In this document: positions 8,442 through 17,899 of the stretch, piece by piece
How positions within the stretch are numbered: position 1 is the first letter of the stretch
How the letters are laid out: each line of letters opens with the position of its first letter
Notes under the pieces: generated by a model
Database searches by the model: none
Seen by the model: only the letters and a program-made list of their open reading frames with translations
Told to the model about the DNA's origin: nothing
Position numbers and translations under genes: made by a program
DNA from: an uncultured Gammaproteobacteria bacterium
GTDB lineage: Bacteria > Patescibacteriota > Microgenomatia > Curtissbacterales > GWA2-41-24
Length of the DNA stretch: 35,708 nucleotides
Direction of reading: 5' to 3'
NCBI GenBank assembly: GCA_964348615.1
Contig: CAYGDE010000003.1
Span: forward strand, 1-35,708

Positions 8442-8843
8442 TTAGTCGAAAATAATGTGCAAGACTTTTTGGGAAAATGTAAGTATTATGGCTGCCGCAA
8501 CGAGAGTTTCGATCTGGTTTAAGTTGGCTTGCGGAATTATGAAACCCTGGATGTTTGCGCCTGGGAAGTTATATGCAGAAATACTAAATTCTGGTAAAAA
8601 TTTAATATAGGCTAAAAAAAGCGAAATGTTTAAAATTAATGAAAGCAAGCCAAATGTAAGAATATTTATTGGCAAAAGGATGATTGAAAAAATTGGGTGA
8701 ATAACAATTGAGGTTAAAATTACGCCGCCTACTGCTGTTGCCCAATTTTGGGGATTAGCGCCAAGAGTTATTGTTGGAATAAGGGTTATTACCAGATAAA
8801 AGGAAATTGCTGAAATGATAAGGGTTTTTAGGTAGTGGCGCAT
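8442..8843 (-). CDS. Small 4-TM membrane protein, DUF360 / phage-holin-4_2 (YvlD)-like
   Basis: 133 aa. IHPIFSIILLPINILTFGLLSLILNISLFL matches the RP..LLTLP.TILTLGLF.LVINA core of that family. Confidence 0.55.
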   Translation of the reverse strand: MRHYLKTLIISAISFYLVITLIPTITLGANPQNWATAVGGVILTSIVIHPIFSIILLPINILTFGLLSLILNISLFLAYIKFLPEFSISAYNFPGANIQGFIIPQANLNQIETLVAAAIILTFSQKVLHIIFD

Positions 8844-8862
8844 TTTGGCAGATAACTTGATT

Positions 8863-8888
8863 GTAAATAGTAAACGGTAAATAGTAAA
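8863..8888. repeat. Tandem direct repeat GTAAATAGTAAA-CG-GTAAATAGTAAA in the uvrC/DUF360 intergenic spacer
   Basis: Two identical 12-mers at 8863-8874 and 8877-8888. On the minus strand they overlap a possible TTTACT-17-TACAAT promoter for the 8843 gene. Confidence 0.6.
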
Positions 8889-8902
8889 TAGGTATCAGAA
8901 AA

Positions 8903-10165
8903 TTAGGAAGCGAGCATTTTTTTGCTGCGAAGAAGCTTGTGGTAGGCGTTTGTAAATCTGTGGGCCTCGTCCCTTGCCTCTTGGGCGAGCTGCCTTGCCG
9001 GATTTTCCTTTGGAAGGGAAATGGGTTCCTTTCTATCTTGTGTATATATTTGTTCAAACCTTTTTGCAAGCGAAGTAACGAAGGTTTGCACTTTGTATTT
9101 AAAAACGACAGAAAGGGCAGCCGAAAGTTGCCCTTTCCCCCCATCAATGATCATAAGATCGGCAATTGGCCAGTCGTTTTTGAACCTGCGTGTTAAAACC
9201 TCTCTTAACATTTCGTAATCGTTGGGTTTTTTTGTAAATTTTATTTTGAATTTACGATACTGAGATTTGTCTGGCTGACCATTTGTAAAAACTACCATAG
9301 ATCCTGTAGCAAGAACACCTGAAATATTTGCAATATCGTAGCACTCTATTCTTTTGGGTATTTTTGAAAGTCCTAAGACTTTTTTCATTTCTTCAAGTCG
9401 CATTAACCTGAGGTCGTCTACTAAAGTTGGCCTTTCTAAAAACTCTTGCGGTGCTTTGTAGGTGGTCGTAATATATTGTAACTTTTGAATCTGATTTTTG
9501 AGTTCATTTGCCTGTTCATATTGTTGGCCTTTTGAAAATTTAGCCATTTCCCTTTTTAATTCTTTCAGAAGTGTTTGGCTTTTTTTAGAAAGAAGCTTTT
9601 TAATCTGACTGATTGTGTTTTTGTATGCCTTTTGTGAAAGGTCATTTGCATATGGATAAGGACAAAGACCCAGATGCACAAATAAACAGGGTTTTTTGGG
9701 GTTTTTGTGGTGGCAGTATGGAAATATTGCCCTTATCATTCTTAAAATTTCCCGGGTGGTTTTAGCTGACGGAAACGGGCCTTTTAGAAAAACACCTTTT
9801 TGGGGTTTTTCTTTTCTGGTGGTTGAAATTGTGGGAATAGGGCCGTTTGTAATTTTTATATAAATTGGGCTTTTATCATCTTTGGCTTCGATGTTGAAAA
9901 AAGGCTTATTTTGGCGTATTAACTCGGCTTCCAAAAGAAGTGCTTCAAATTCTGAAAATACTTTAATATGATCGATTTTTTTTATTTTTGAGACTAAAAG
10001 ATTGGTTTTTGGGCCTTGATTTTTGTTTTGAAAATAGGAGGACACACGTTTATTTAAGGACACTGATTTTCCAACGTAAAGAAGCTTCCCATCATCGTCG
10101 TAGTACAAGTAGATGCCAGGAGAATCAGGCAGATTTTTAATCTGTGACTTTATTTTTGATTCCAC
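8903..10165 (-). CDS. uvrC: Excinuclease ABC subunit C (UvrC), short form lacking the C-terminal (HhH)2 domain
   Basis: GIY-YIG (PGIYLYYDDDGKLLYVGKSVSLNKRVSSYF), UVR domain (FSKGQQYEQANELKNQIQKLQ), RNase-H-like endonuclease domain (IECYDIANISG). It ends just after RDEAHRFTNAYHKLLRSKK. Confidence 0.9.
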   Translation of the reverse strand: MESKIKSQIKNLPDSPGIYLYYDDDGKLLYVGKSVSLNKRVSSYFQNKNQGPKTNLLVSKIKKIDHIKVFSEFEALLLEAELIRQNKPFFNIEAKDDKSPIYIKITNGPIPTISTTRKEKPQKGVFLKGPFPSAKTTREILRMIRAIFPYCHHKNPKKPCLFVHLGLCPYPYANDLSQKAYKNTISQIKKLLSKKSQTLLKELKREMAKFSKGQQYEQANELKNQIQKLQYITTTYKAPQEFLERPTLVDDLRLMRLEEMKKVLGLSKIPKRIECYDIANISGVLATGSMVVFTNGQPDKSQYRKFKIKFTKKPNDYEMLREVLTRRFKNDWPIADLMIIDGGKGQLSAALSVVFKYKVQTFVTSLAKRFEQIYTQDRKEPISLPKENPARQLAQEARDEAHRFTNAYHKLLRSKKMLAS

Positions 10166-10179
10166 TTTTTTGTATTTTA

Positions 10180-12102
10180 CTAAATCCCGGGGATCTTGTG
10201 TTTTTTTTGGTGAAACTTTTTGTATAAATGTAAACCAGCGATTGTTAAAAGTATTGCAATTGAAGTACCTGCCAAAAAGTTTGGGGAGATTATCAGAAAA
10301 TAAATAGGGACAAGTGCCACACTTTTTACAATATACGTATCTTTATAAGAAAGAATTATGTCTTTTTTGGTTGAAGTAAAAAAACTTGGTGTTTGAATTT
10401 TGTATCTGTACTCTCTTTTGGAAAATGGGGGCATAAGCCCAGGGTTAAATTGTGAGTCACCAGTGATTTTAAGATCGGTTTGAAGTTTGATGTCGTCTGG
10501 TAAAAGTGCGGTATTACCAACATTTTGGATAATTGCTTTTGCTTGGGTTGGAACTCCAGAAATTATCTTGGGAGGCAGAATAAGATCCAGTTTTGGTACT
10601 TGTGACGGTTGAGGTAGTTCTTGTGCAAACGAGACAAAAACTAAATTTTTGTCTAAGTCCGACTGTCTCCTGTATGTTCCTGGCGGGTTTGGGCTTTGGG
10701 AATTTACTCCCTTTTGAACAAAAGTAACATGATTAAAATCCATTTTGTTAAAATAGTCGATTCCGCCGGAGGTTGCACCCCATGTCGGATCTACCTGAAC
10801 CCAGCCCTGTTCGTCGTCCCAATATTGAGGCCATGAATGCAAAACGTCCTTTTCAATTGCCAAAGAAAGTGGACGCAGGCGTTCGTTTTGTGTATATGCA
10901 TAACCTTCGATTTCTCTTGCCGGTATCTTGGCACTTCTTGCAAGTGCTATAAAAAGGTCGGAAAATTCCAAACATATAGCGTCGTCTGGTTCTTGGGCTG
11001 CACGGGCTGCGCCTTTCCTGGCGGCTTTTGGTGCAGTACCGTTGTTGATAAAACTTATGTAGTCGGAAACTTGCTGCTGCTTGCGGTTTTGGTTGTACTT
11101 TAAATAGGTGGTTACAAAATTGTAGATATTTTCTGGAGTCTTAAGTTCGTTAGCTTTATCTTTTATCCATGCATTATCTGTTTCCCAGTAACTTTGGGGT
11201 TGAGTGTAAATATTTTTTTCTTTTTCACTCAGAGTTTGCGTGCTATTTTTTTGGGGTTTACTGAAAACTTCTGCATAGCCGGAAACCAGAATGTCTATGG
11301 TCTTTTTTGGCGTGAGTTTATACGTTGCAAGGTAATTTCCGTCTGGATCTACAATGACATCGTCTGGTTTTGGATCAATTTTTTCGATGACAATTTTTTG
11401 GTAATTATTGTCCGGTGGCAGACTAATTTGGCCAATTTGGGTTGTGAGGTTTTTGTTTTCCAGATAGTATTTTAGGTTAAAAGAAAACACTTGTTTTTCA
11501 CCAAAAGACATGGATATACCTGATTTTGTTAATTGATCTTTTTCGAACGTAAAGTTTTGAGTTGAAAAATCTGTGCTTTGGGATTGCGGTTGTGGGAGCG
11601 CATATGCGTTTGGACCAAAAATTTTTGGTACAGAAACAGTTGCGTCGTAAGTTCCTATATCTTGAGAATCTGCAACCTTTGGAATAGAAACCTCCCAGAT
11701 TTGGCCAGATTTGGTGGAAAGTTCTGTTGAGGTGTAAGAAAGTGTCCAAGGCAAGGTTTTGTCTATACCAATTACCCTTTGATTAAATTTAACAGAAATG
11801 GAAGTAACATTGTCATTAAAGTTTACAGTTGTTTCCATAGGACCTGCCGAATCTTGAGCTTTAACATTTTCTATTTTTGTAGAACCAATTTTTAGTTCAA
11901 ATTTGTCCGCATAGAAATTGGTAGTTTTATTTTTGAGGGTTATTTGCTGCGTGACATTAGCTTTTCCAAAGATGTCCACCTGATAAGAAACTTTATAGTC
12001 AGTTTGAAATTCACCTTGGGCGGCAGCAGGAGTTGGTAGTACGTAGTAGGTAGTGAGTAGCAGGAAAAGGATTAGGACAAGGCGGACGAAAAGGCGCATC
12101 AA
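10180..12102 (-). CDS. Secreted/membrane-anchored transglutaminase-like cysteine protease-fold protein
   Basis: Signal peptide and a C-terminal TM. Cys-His-Asp core: DDAICLEFSDLF ... VLHSWPQYW ... WVQVDPTWG. Confidence 0.8.
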   Translation of the reverse strand: MMRLFVRLVLILFLLLTTYYVLPTPAAAQGEFQTDYKVSYQVDIFGKANVTQQITLKNKTTNFYADKFELKIGSTKIENVKAQDSAGPMETTVNFNDNVTSISVKFNQRVIGIDKTLPWTLSYTSTELSTKSGQIWEVSIPKVADSQDIGTYDATVSVPKIFGPNAYALPQPQSQSTDFSTQNFTFEKDQLTKSGISMSFGEKQVFSFNLKYYLENKNLTTQIGQISLPPDNNYQKIVIEKIDPKPDDVIVDPDGNYLATYKLTPKKTIDILVSGYAEVFSKPQKNSTQTLSEKEKNIYTQPQSYWETDNAWIKDKANELKTPENIYNFVTTYLKYNQNRKQQQVSDYISFINNGTAPKAARKGAARAAQEPDDAICLEFSDLFIALARSAKIPAREIEGYAYTQNERLRPLSLAIEKDVLHSWPQYWDDEQGWVQVDPTWGATSGGIDYFNKMDFNHVTFVQKGVNSQSPNPPGTYRRQSDLDKNLVFVSFAQELPQPSQVPKLDLILPPKIISGVPTQAKAIIQNVGNTALLPDDIKLQTDLKITGDSQFNPGLMPPFSKREYRYKIQTPSFFTSTKKDIILSYKDTYIVKSVALVPIYFLIISPNFLAGTSIAILLTIAGLHLYKKFHQKKHKIPGI

Positions 12103-12133
12103 TTAATAGTATCAAGTATCGCCTGCTTATGTA

Positions 12134-15061
12134 TCAAGTACTTGTGTATTTTGTACTGTTTTGGTTTCTTTGCTCCCGTGCGAGAAATTGCCCTGTATAT
12201 GATTTTGGGGCTTTGGCAATTTGCTCCGGAGTACCCTCGGCCACTATTTGTCCCCCTCCATCCCCGCCTTCCGGCCCAAGATCGATAATCCACTGAGCAT
12301 TTTTAATAACATCGAGATTGTGCTCGATAACTATTACTGTATTTTTTTGTTCAACAAGCCTTGTAAGAATAGAAAGTAGTCTCTCGATATCCGCAAAATG
12401 CAATCCGGTTGTAGGTTCGTCCAAAATATAAACAGTTTTCCCCGTTCCTCGCTTGGAAAGTTCGGTTGCAAGTTTTATTCTTTGAGCTTCACCGCCGGAA
12501 AGAGTTGGTGCTGGTTGTCCAAGGTGAATATATCCAAGACCAACATCGTAAATTGTTTCGAGTTTTGTTTTGATCTGAGGAATGTTTTCAAAAAACTTTA
12601 AACCTTCTTCTGTGGTCATGTCCAATACCTGCGAAATGTTTTTGTCTTTATAGTGAATTTCCAAAGCCTCTTCGTTGTATCTTTTGCCATTGCAAACTTC
12701 ACAATCAACATAAACATCCGGTAAAAACTGCATTTCAATTTTAACTTGTCCTGCGCCTTCGCAGGCTTCACATCTGCCTCCCTTTACATTGAAGGAAAAC
12801 CTGCCGGGTTTGTAGCCACGGATTCTGGCGTCGGTTGTTTTGGCAAAAAGATCACGCACGAAGGTAAAAACTCCTGTGTAAGTGGCTGGATTTGACCTTG
12901 GTGTTTTTCCAATTGGCGATTGGTCAATTAATATTACTTTGTCTATGTTTTCTACCCCCAATATCCCTTCGTGCGCCCCGGGTTTTTGTCGGGATTTGTA
13001 GATTTCTTTTGCAAGTGCGTGATACAAAATATCGTGGATAAGAGTAGATTTGCCTGATCCCGAAACGCCTGTTATACAAATGAATTTCCCAAGCGGAAAG
13101 TTTACATCAACATTTTTAAGGTTGTGATCTTTTGCACCGACGATAGTTATGGAGTTGCCTGACGACTGTTGACTATTTTCTGTTGAATGTGAACCTTTTA
13201 CTGTGATTTTCTTTTTTCCCGACAAGTATTTCCCTGTGATGGAGTTCGGGTCTTTCATTATGTGCTGGACATTGCCTTGAGAAATAATATGCCCTCCGTG
13301 TTCCCCTGCGGCGGGACCAAAATCTAAAATTTCGTCAGATTCCATCATCATGTCGCGGTCGTGTTCAACAACAATCACTGTGTTATCCAAATCCCTAAGC
13401 CTTTTTAGCGTTGTAATTAGGCGGTTATTGTCTCTTTGATGAAGACCAATCGACGGTTCGTCTAAAACATATAAAACCCCGGAAAGGCCGGAACCAATTT
13501 GGCTTGCCAAACGAATTCGCTGGGCTTCACCGCCTGCTAAGGTATTGGCGGTTCTGGAAATTGTTAGATACTCTAGGCCTACGTCTATCAAAAAACCAAC
13601 CCTATTTAAAAGTTCTTTAAAAATTGGCTTGCCTATTTGTATTTCCCTGTCAGAAAATAAATTTTGTGAGTTTTGGCTTAGCATTTTAAGCCACGAGTGT
13701 AAATTTGTAATACTTAGGGCTGCAATTTCGGCTATTGATTTGTGGTCGATAGTAACTGAAAGTGCTTCTGGCTTTAGCCTTGCACCAAGACATGTATCAC
13801 AAACATCTATCCTCATAAATTTTTCAATTTCTCCCCTTACATAATCGGATTCTGTTTGCGCGTATCTTTTTTCCAAATTTGTCATTACGCCTTCGAAAGT
13901 TGTGTTCCATGTTGTCATTTTTCCAAAACGGTTTTGTCCTTTGACTTTATAAATTTGGTTTTCTGTGCCTTTTAAAATAATGTCTCTTTCTTCTCTTGAA
14001 AGTTCTTGCGTGTCGAGATTTATGTCTATTTTGTGCTCTTTGCAGACTTGTTCAAGTACCTTCCAGCTCCAAGAATCTGTTTGCACAATTCGTGCCCAGG
14101 GCAAAATTGAACCTTCGGCTATTGATAGATTCAGGTTCAGTATCAAATCCGGGTCTACCTTTCTTATTGCGCCCAAGCCGTTGCAGGCAGGGCACGCCCC
14201 ATGTGGGGAATTAAAAGAAAATGTACGCGGTTCAATTTCTGGTAGTGAAATATTGTCAACGGGGCAGGCAAATTTTTCGCTAAAGACGTGGTCTTCCATT
14301 TCTTTGGGGATTTCGGGTAGGTCGAAGGATTTGTCGCCTATTTTGGAAACGATTATTGTACCTTCCCCTAGGTTTAGCCCCTGCTCGACTGCGTCGGAAA
14401 GCCTTTGTTTTTCGGCGGGTAAATTCATTTTATCGATAACAGCTTCTATGGAATGCTTGTTGGTTTTAATCAGGATGAAATCCTCGTCTGTACTTTTTAT
14501 TTGGCCGTCCACCCGTACCTGGCGGTAACCTTTTTTTGCGACGTCTTTGAACAGGTCTTTAAATTCTCCTTTGCGGTCTCGGACTATTGGTGCCAGTATT
14601 AAAATTCTAGTTGGTAGTTTGGAGTTGGTAGTGTGTAGTTTTTCGATTTCACCCACTATTTGGTCTTTGGATTGGTGGGCAATTTCGCGTCCGCATATTG
14701 GACAATGCGGGTGGCCAACTCTGGCAAATAAAAGCCTTAAATAGTCGTATATTTCGGTTACTGTACCAACCGTTGACCTTGGGTTATGAGAGGTCGATTT
14801 CTGGTCAATCGATATTGCCGGGGAAAGACCTTCTATTAAATCAACGTCGGGTTTGTCCATTACACCCAAAAATTGACGGGCATAAGAGGAAAGGGATTCA
14901 ACGTAGCGCCTTTGACCTTCGGCGTAAATAGTGTCAAAAGCTAGAGATGATTTTCCCGAGCCTGAAATGCCTGTAAAAACCACAAGTTTGTTTTTGGGAA
15001 TTTCTACTGATACGTTTTTTAGGTTGTGCTCTCTGGCACCTTTGATAATTATTTTTTCCAC
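12134..15061 (-). CDS. uvrA: Excinuclease ABC subunit A (UvrA)
   Basis: 975 aa. GAREHNLKN, two Walker A motifs ([18 protein letters not shown]), Zn-finger CxxC pairs, LSGGEAQRI twice. GTG start preceded by AAGAGGG. Confidence 0.97.
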   Translation of the reverse strand: MEKIIIKGAREHNLKNVSVEIPKNKLVVFTGISGSGKSSLAFDTIYAEGQRRYVESLSSYARQFLGVMDKPDVDLIEGLSPAISIDQKSTSHNPRSTVGTVTEIYDYLRLLFARVGHPHCPICGREIAHQSKDQIVGEIEKLHTTNSKLPTRILILAPIVRDRKGEFKDLFKDVAKKGYRQVRVDGQIKSTDEDFILIKTNKHSIEAVIDKMNLPAEKQRLSDAVEQGLNLGEGTIIVSKIGDKSFDLPEIPKEMEDHVFSEKFACPVDNISLPEIEPRTFSFNSPHGACPACNGLGAIRKVDPDLILNLNLSIAEGSILPWARIVQTDSWSWKVLEQVCKEHKIDINLDTQELSREERDIILKGTENQIYKVKGQNRFGKMTTWNTTFEGVMTNLEKRYAQTESDYVRGEIEKFMRIDVCDTCLGARLKPEALSVTIDHKSIAEIAALSITNLHSWLKMLSQNSQNLFSDREIQIGKPIFKELLNRVGFLIDVGLEYLTISRTANTLAGGEAQRIRLASQIGSGLSGVLYVLDEPSIGLHQRDNNRLITTLKRLRDLDNTVIVVEHDRDMMMESDEILDFGPAAGEHGGHIISQGNVQHIMKDPNSITGKYLSGKKKITVKGSHSTENSQQSSGNSITIVGAKDHNLKNVDVNFPLGKFICITGVSGSGKSTLIHDILYHALAKEIYKSRQKPGAHEGILGVENIDKVILIDQSPIGKTPRSNPATYTGVFTFVRDLFAKTTDARIRGYKPGRFSFNVKGGRCEACEGAGQVKIEMQFLPDVYVDCEVCNGKRYNEEALEIHYKDKNISQVLDMTTEEGLKFFENIPQIKTKLETIYDVGLGYIHLGQPAPTLSGGEAQRIKLATELSKRGTGKTVYILDEPTTGLHFADIERLLSILTRLVEQKNTVIVIEHNLDVIKNAQWIIDLGPEGGDGGGQIVAEGTPEQIAKAPKSYTGQFLAREQRNQNSTKYTST

Positions 15062-15144
15062 GACAAAAACCCTCTTTCGCCTTCTTTGTTAGCAAAAGAC
15101 GAGAACTCAAAATTCTAGCATTAAAAGCAAGTGTGGAGCAAGGG

Positions 15145-17145
15145 TTATTGTTGACCTTTGAGCATTAGTGCTTGGTCTCGCAAGACCGCAGCTTTTTCGA
15201 AGTCTAGGGTGCGCGCTGCGTCCTTCATTTCACGCATTAAGACTTTAATTAATCGCTGTTTGTCGTCTGCCATAAGGCTTCCTTCTTTGGCCCTTTCGAC
15301 CGCGGATTGAATAACCGAATCGCGGTATATTTGTGTTTGATCTTCCTTATTCTTTTCGCGCTTTACTAATTTTTCGCGAATAGGTTTGTCTATAGAAATT
15401 GGGGTGATGTTATGCTGCTTGTTGTATTTTGTCTGGATTTTCCTTCTCCTTTGCACTTCGTCTATGGCCCGCTGCATAGAACCCGTTATATTGTCCGCGT
15501 AGAGAATGACTTGCCCTTCAAAATGACGGGCAGCACGACCCATTGTTTGGATCAAGGATGTTTCTGAACGTAAAAAACCTTCCTTGTCAGCATCTAAAAT
15601 GGCAACAAGCGATACTTCTGGTAAATCCAAGCCTTCCCGCAATAGGTTGATGCCGACTAAAACGTCATAATTTCCCAGACGTAGGTCGTCTAAAATGTCA
15701 GAGCGGTCTAAAGTTTGAACTTCCGAATGTAAATATTGAACTTTTATTTTTCGTTCCTCTAAGTATTTAGAAAGTTCTTCGGCCATTCTTTTTGTAAGAG
15801 TTGTAACAAGAACCCGTTGTTTTTTTTCAACACGTTTGTTGATTTCTTTGATTAGGTCTTCTATTTGGCCTTTTGACTTCCTAATTGAAATCTCGGGATC
15901 AATTAGGCCGGTTGGTCTTATGATCTGTTCGACAATCTGCTGAGATAGATTCAGTTCGTATTGGGCTGGTGTTGCCGATGTATAGATGACTTGATTTATT
16001 TTTCTTGCAAACTCTTCAAACTTAAGAGGCCGATTGTCGTATGCCGAGGGAAGGCGAAAGCCAAAATCCACAAGCATCTCTTTCCTGGCCCTGTCCCCGT
16101 TATACATGCCATTAATTTGGGGAATGGTCATATGAGACTCATCGATTATCAATAAGTAATCTTTCGGGAAATGTCCAATCAGGGAAAATGGTGGGTCTCC
16201 CGGATTTCTGCCATCGAAATACCTGGAATAATTTTCGATCCCTTTGCAATACCCTAGAGTTTGCATCATTTCGATATCGTAGTTTGTGCGCTGGTTTAGG
16301 CGATGGGCTTCCAACCCTTTGCCCATTTTTTCCAGTTCCAAAAGCCTTTCTTTTAGTTCTTGTTTTATCGATTCTATTGCCAAATATGTGGATTGGTCAG
16401 AAGCAACATAGTGTTTGGCCGGATAAAGAAATGCGGTATCTTGTGATTCTATTGTATTGCCAGTTATTGGATGGATGATTTCGATTTTTGAAAGTGTTTG
16501 ATTTTTAAAAGTTAGCCTTATGCCGTTGTTTTCGTATGCCGGCCAAAGTTCTATGTTTTCTCCCCTTACTCGATATGCTCCCCTTTTAAAATCGGCATCG
16601 TTTCTTTCATACTGAAGTTTGGCAAAGTTTTTCAGCAAATCTTCTCTTGCCCACGTTTGTTCCTTTTCCAAAACCATGCGGGCGTTTTGATATTCTTGCG
16701 GGGAACCCAGGTTGTAGATTGCCGAAACAGACGCGACTACAATTACGTCTTTTCTAAGTGACAAGTTTGTGGTGGCAGCAAGACGAAGACGGTCGATCTC
16801 TTCGTTTATTTCTGTCTCCTTTTCGATATAAGTGTCCGTTGAAGGTTTGTATGCCTCTGGTTGGTAGTAGTCGTAGTATGAAACAAAATAATTTACAGAA
16901 TTTTGAGGGAAAAATTCATGAAATTCCTGGTAGAGTTGGGCTGCTAGGGTTTTGTTATGGGAAATCACAAGCGTGGGTTTTTGAACGTTTTGAATTACGT
17001 TGGCGATTGAAAATGTTTTACCGGATCCGGTTACACCCAGAAGAGTTTGGTGTTTAAAACCTTTGTTGAGACCACTTGTGAGCTTTTGGATTGCTTCTGG
17101 TTGGTCTCCGGTTGGTTTGTATGCTGAGGTTAGTTTAAATTTCAT
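15145..17145 (-). CDS. uvrB: Excinuclease ABC subunit B (UvrB)
   Basis: 666 aa. YKPTGDQPEAI, GVTGSGKT, DESH, and a C-terminal UVR domain (LDFEKAAVLRDQ). Confidence 0.97.
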   Translation of the reverse strand: MKFKLTSAYKPTGDQPEAIQKLTSGLNKGFKHQTLLGVTGSGKTFSIANVIQNVQKPTLVISHNKTLAAQLYQEFHEFFPQNSVNYFVSYYDYYQPEAYKPSTDTYIEKETEINEEIDRLRLAATTNLSLRKDVIVVASVSAIYNLGSPQEYQNARMVLEKEQTWAREDLLKNFAKLQYERNDADFKRGAYRVRGENIELWPAYENNGIRLTFKNQTLSKIEIIHPITGNTIESQDTAFLYPAKHYVASDQSTYLAIESIKQELKERLLELEKMGKGLEAHRLNQRTNYDIEMMQTLGYCKGIENYSRYFDGRNPGDPPFSLIGHFPKDYLLIIDESHMTIPQINGMYNGDRARKEMLVDFGFRLPSAYDNRPLKFEEFARKINQVIYTSATPAQYELNLSQQIVEQIIRPTGLIDPEISIRKSKGQIEDLIKEINKRVEKKQRVLVTTLTKRMAEELSKYLEERKIKVQYLHSEVQTLDRSDILDDLRLGNYDVLVGINLLREGLDLPEVSLVAILDADKEGFLRSETSLIQTMGRAARHFEGQVILYADNITGSMQRAIDEVQRRRKIQTKYNKQHNITPISIDKPIREKLVKREKNKEDQTQIYRDSVIQSAVERAKEGSLMADDKQRLIKVLMREMKDAARTLDFEKAAVLRDQALMLKGQQ

Positions 17146-17165
17146 TGAAACTTTATTATATCAGC

Positions 17166-17180
17166 AAACAAACTTTGTTT
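17166..17180. promoter_or_regulatory. 15-bp perfect palindrome AAACAAA-C-TTTGTTT in the uvrB/lexA divergent control region (candidate operator)
   Basis: Seen directly. On the uvrB strand it lies immediately upstream of a TATAAT box (17160-17155) that sits 9 nt from the uvrB ATG. An outer CTTTG-N6-CAAAG inverted repeat overlaps it. Confidence 0.3.
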
Positions 17181-17240
17181 TTACAAAGTATCAGCCGTTT
17201 TTTATGTTTGGATGGTTATTGGATTATTCTGATTTGGGTA

Positions 17241-17269
17241 TTGACAAGTTCGGGTTTTGTTTGTATATT
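17241..17269 (+). promoter_or_regulatory. lexA promoter TTGACA-17 nt-TATATT, 6 nt upstream of ATG 17276 (leaderless)
   Basis: Consensus -35 at 17241-17246 and -10 at 17264-17269, with no Shine-Dalgarno before the ATG. Confidence 0.5.
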
Positions 17270-17275
17270 TTAGTT

Positions 17276-17893
17276 ATGGCAATAACTCTTTACCGAAGGC
17301 AGAAACAAATCCTCGAATTTCTCAGCGATTATATCAACAAACATGGCAATGCGCCCACTTTGGTAGAAATTGCCAAAAAACTTGGAGTTAGTTCTTTAGC
17401 TACAGTTCACGAACATTTGCAGACATTGGAAAAAAAAGGTCTCATTAAAAGATCGATTGGAATTTCTAGAGGTATTGAGCTTTTGGACCAGAAAATTAGC
17501 AAAATGGTAAAAGGCGTAGAGCTTCCACTTTTAGGTTTTATTGCAGCGGGTTCCCCAATAGAACCTTTTACCGACCCCAATGCCACTTTTGCAGTTACTC
17601 CAAACATGGTTACACCTCAAAAGAAATCTTATGTATTACAAGTAAAGGGAGACTCGATGATAGAAGACGGAATTTTAGACGGTGATTTCGTAGTTGTTGA
17701 AGAGACAAAAATAGCCAGAGACGGTGATATCGTGGTTGCAATGGTAAACAATGGTGTAGTTACATTGAAACGTTTTTTTAAGGAGACAGACAGAATAAGG
17801 CTTCAGCCTGCAAACGCTTCAATGCAACCTATTTATGCTAAAAACGTTACTATTCAGGGGAAAGTTACGTCTGTAATACGAAAGTATAATTAA
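17276..17893 (+). CDS. lexA: LexA repressor (S24 autopeptidase)
   Basis: MAITLYRRQKQILEFLSDYINKHGNAPTLVEIAKKLG winged-helix N-terminus, AAG cleavage site (GFIAAGSPIEP), GDSM Ser and LKRF Lys of the catalytic dyad. The ORF-track start at 17000 overlaps uvrB and is rejected. Confidence 0.9.
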   Translation: MAITLYRRQKQILEFLSDYINKHGNAPTLVEIAKKLGVSSLATVHEHLQTLEKKGLIKRSIGISRGIELLDQKISKMVKGVELPLLGFIAAGSPIEPFTDPNATFAVTPNMVTPQKKSYVLQVKGDSMIEDGILDGDFVVVEETKIARDGDIVVAMVNNGVVTLKRFFKETDRIRLQPANASMQPIYAKNVTIQGKVTSVIRKYN

Positions 17894-17899
17894 AAAAAT

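Noticed and set aside
15062-15144. GAATTTTGAGTTC upstream of uvrA as a Gram-positive-type LexA box (GAAC-N4-GTTC)
   Set aside because: The spacing is 5 rather than 4 and the first half-site is GAAT. No comparable site occurs upstream of lexA, uvrB or dinB.
703-17194. Recurring TATATCAG / GTATCAG words (about 703, 734 inverted, 8890, 17156, 17188) as a shared regulatory motif
   Set aside because: A 6-8-mer of this AT-rich composition is expected many times by chance in 35 kb on two strands. Spacing and orientation are inconsistent between the sites.
17000-17275. ORF-track N-terminal extension of lexA (start at 17000), and an internal alternative ATG near 17207
   Set aside because: The extension overlaps the uvrB 5' end on the opposite strand. 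It also contains the consensus TTGACA-17-TATATT promoter. LexA homology begins exactly at MAITLYRRQKQ (ATG 17276).
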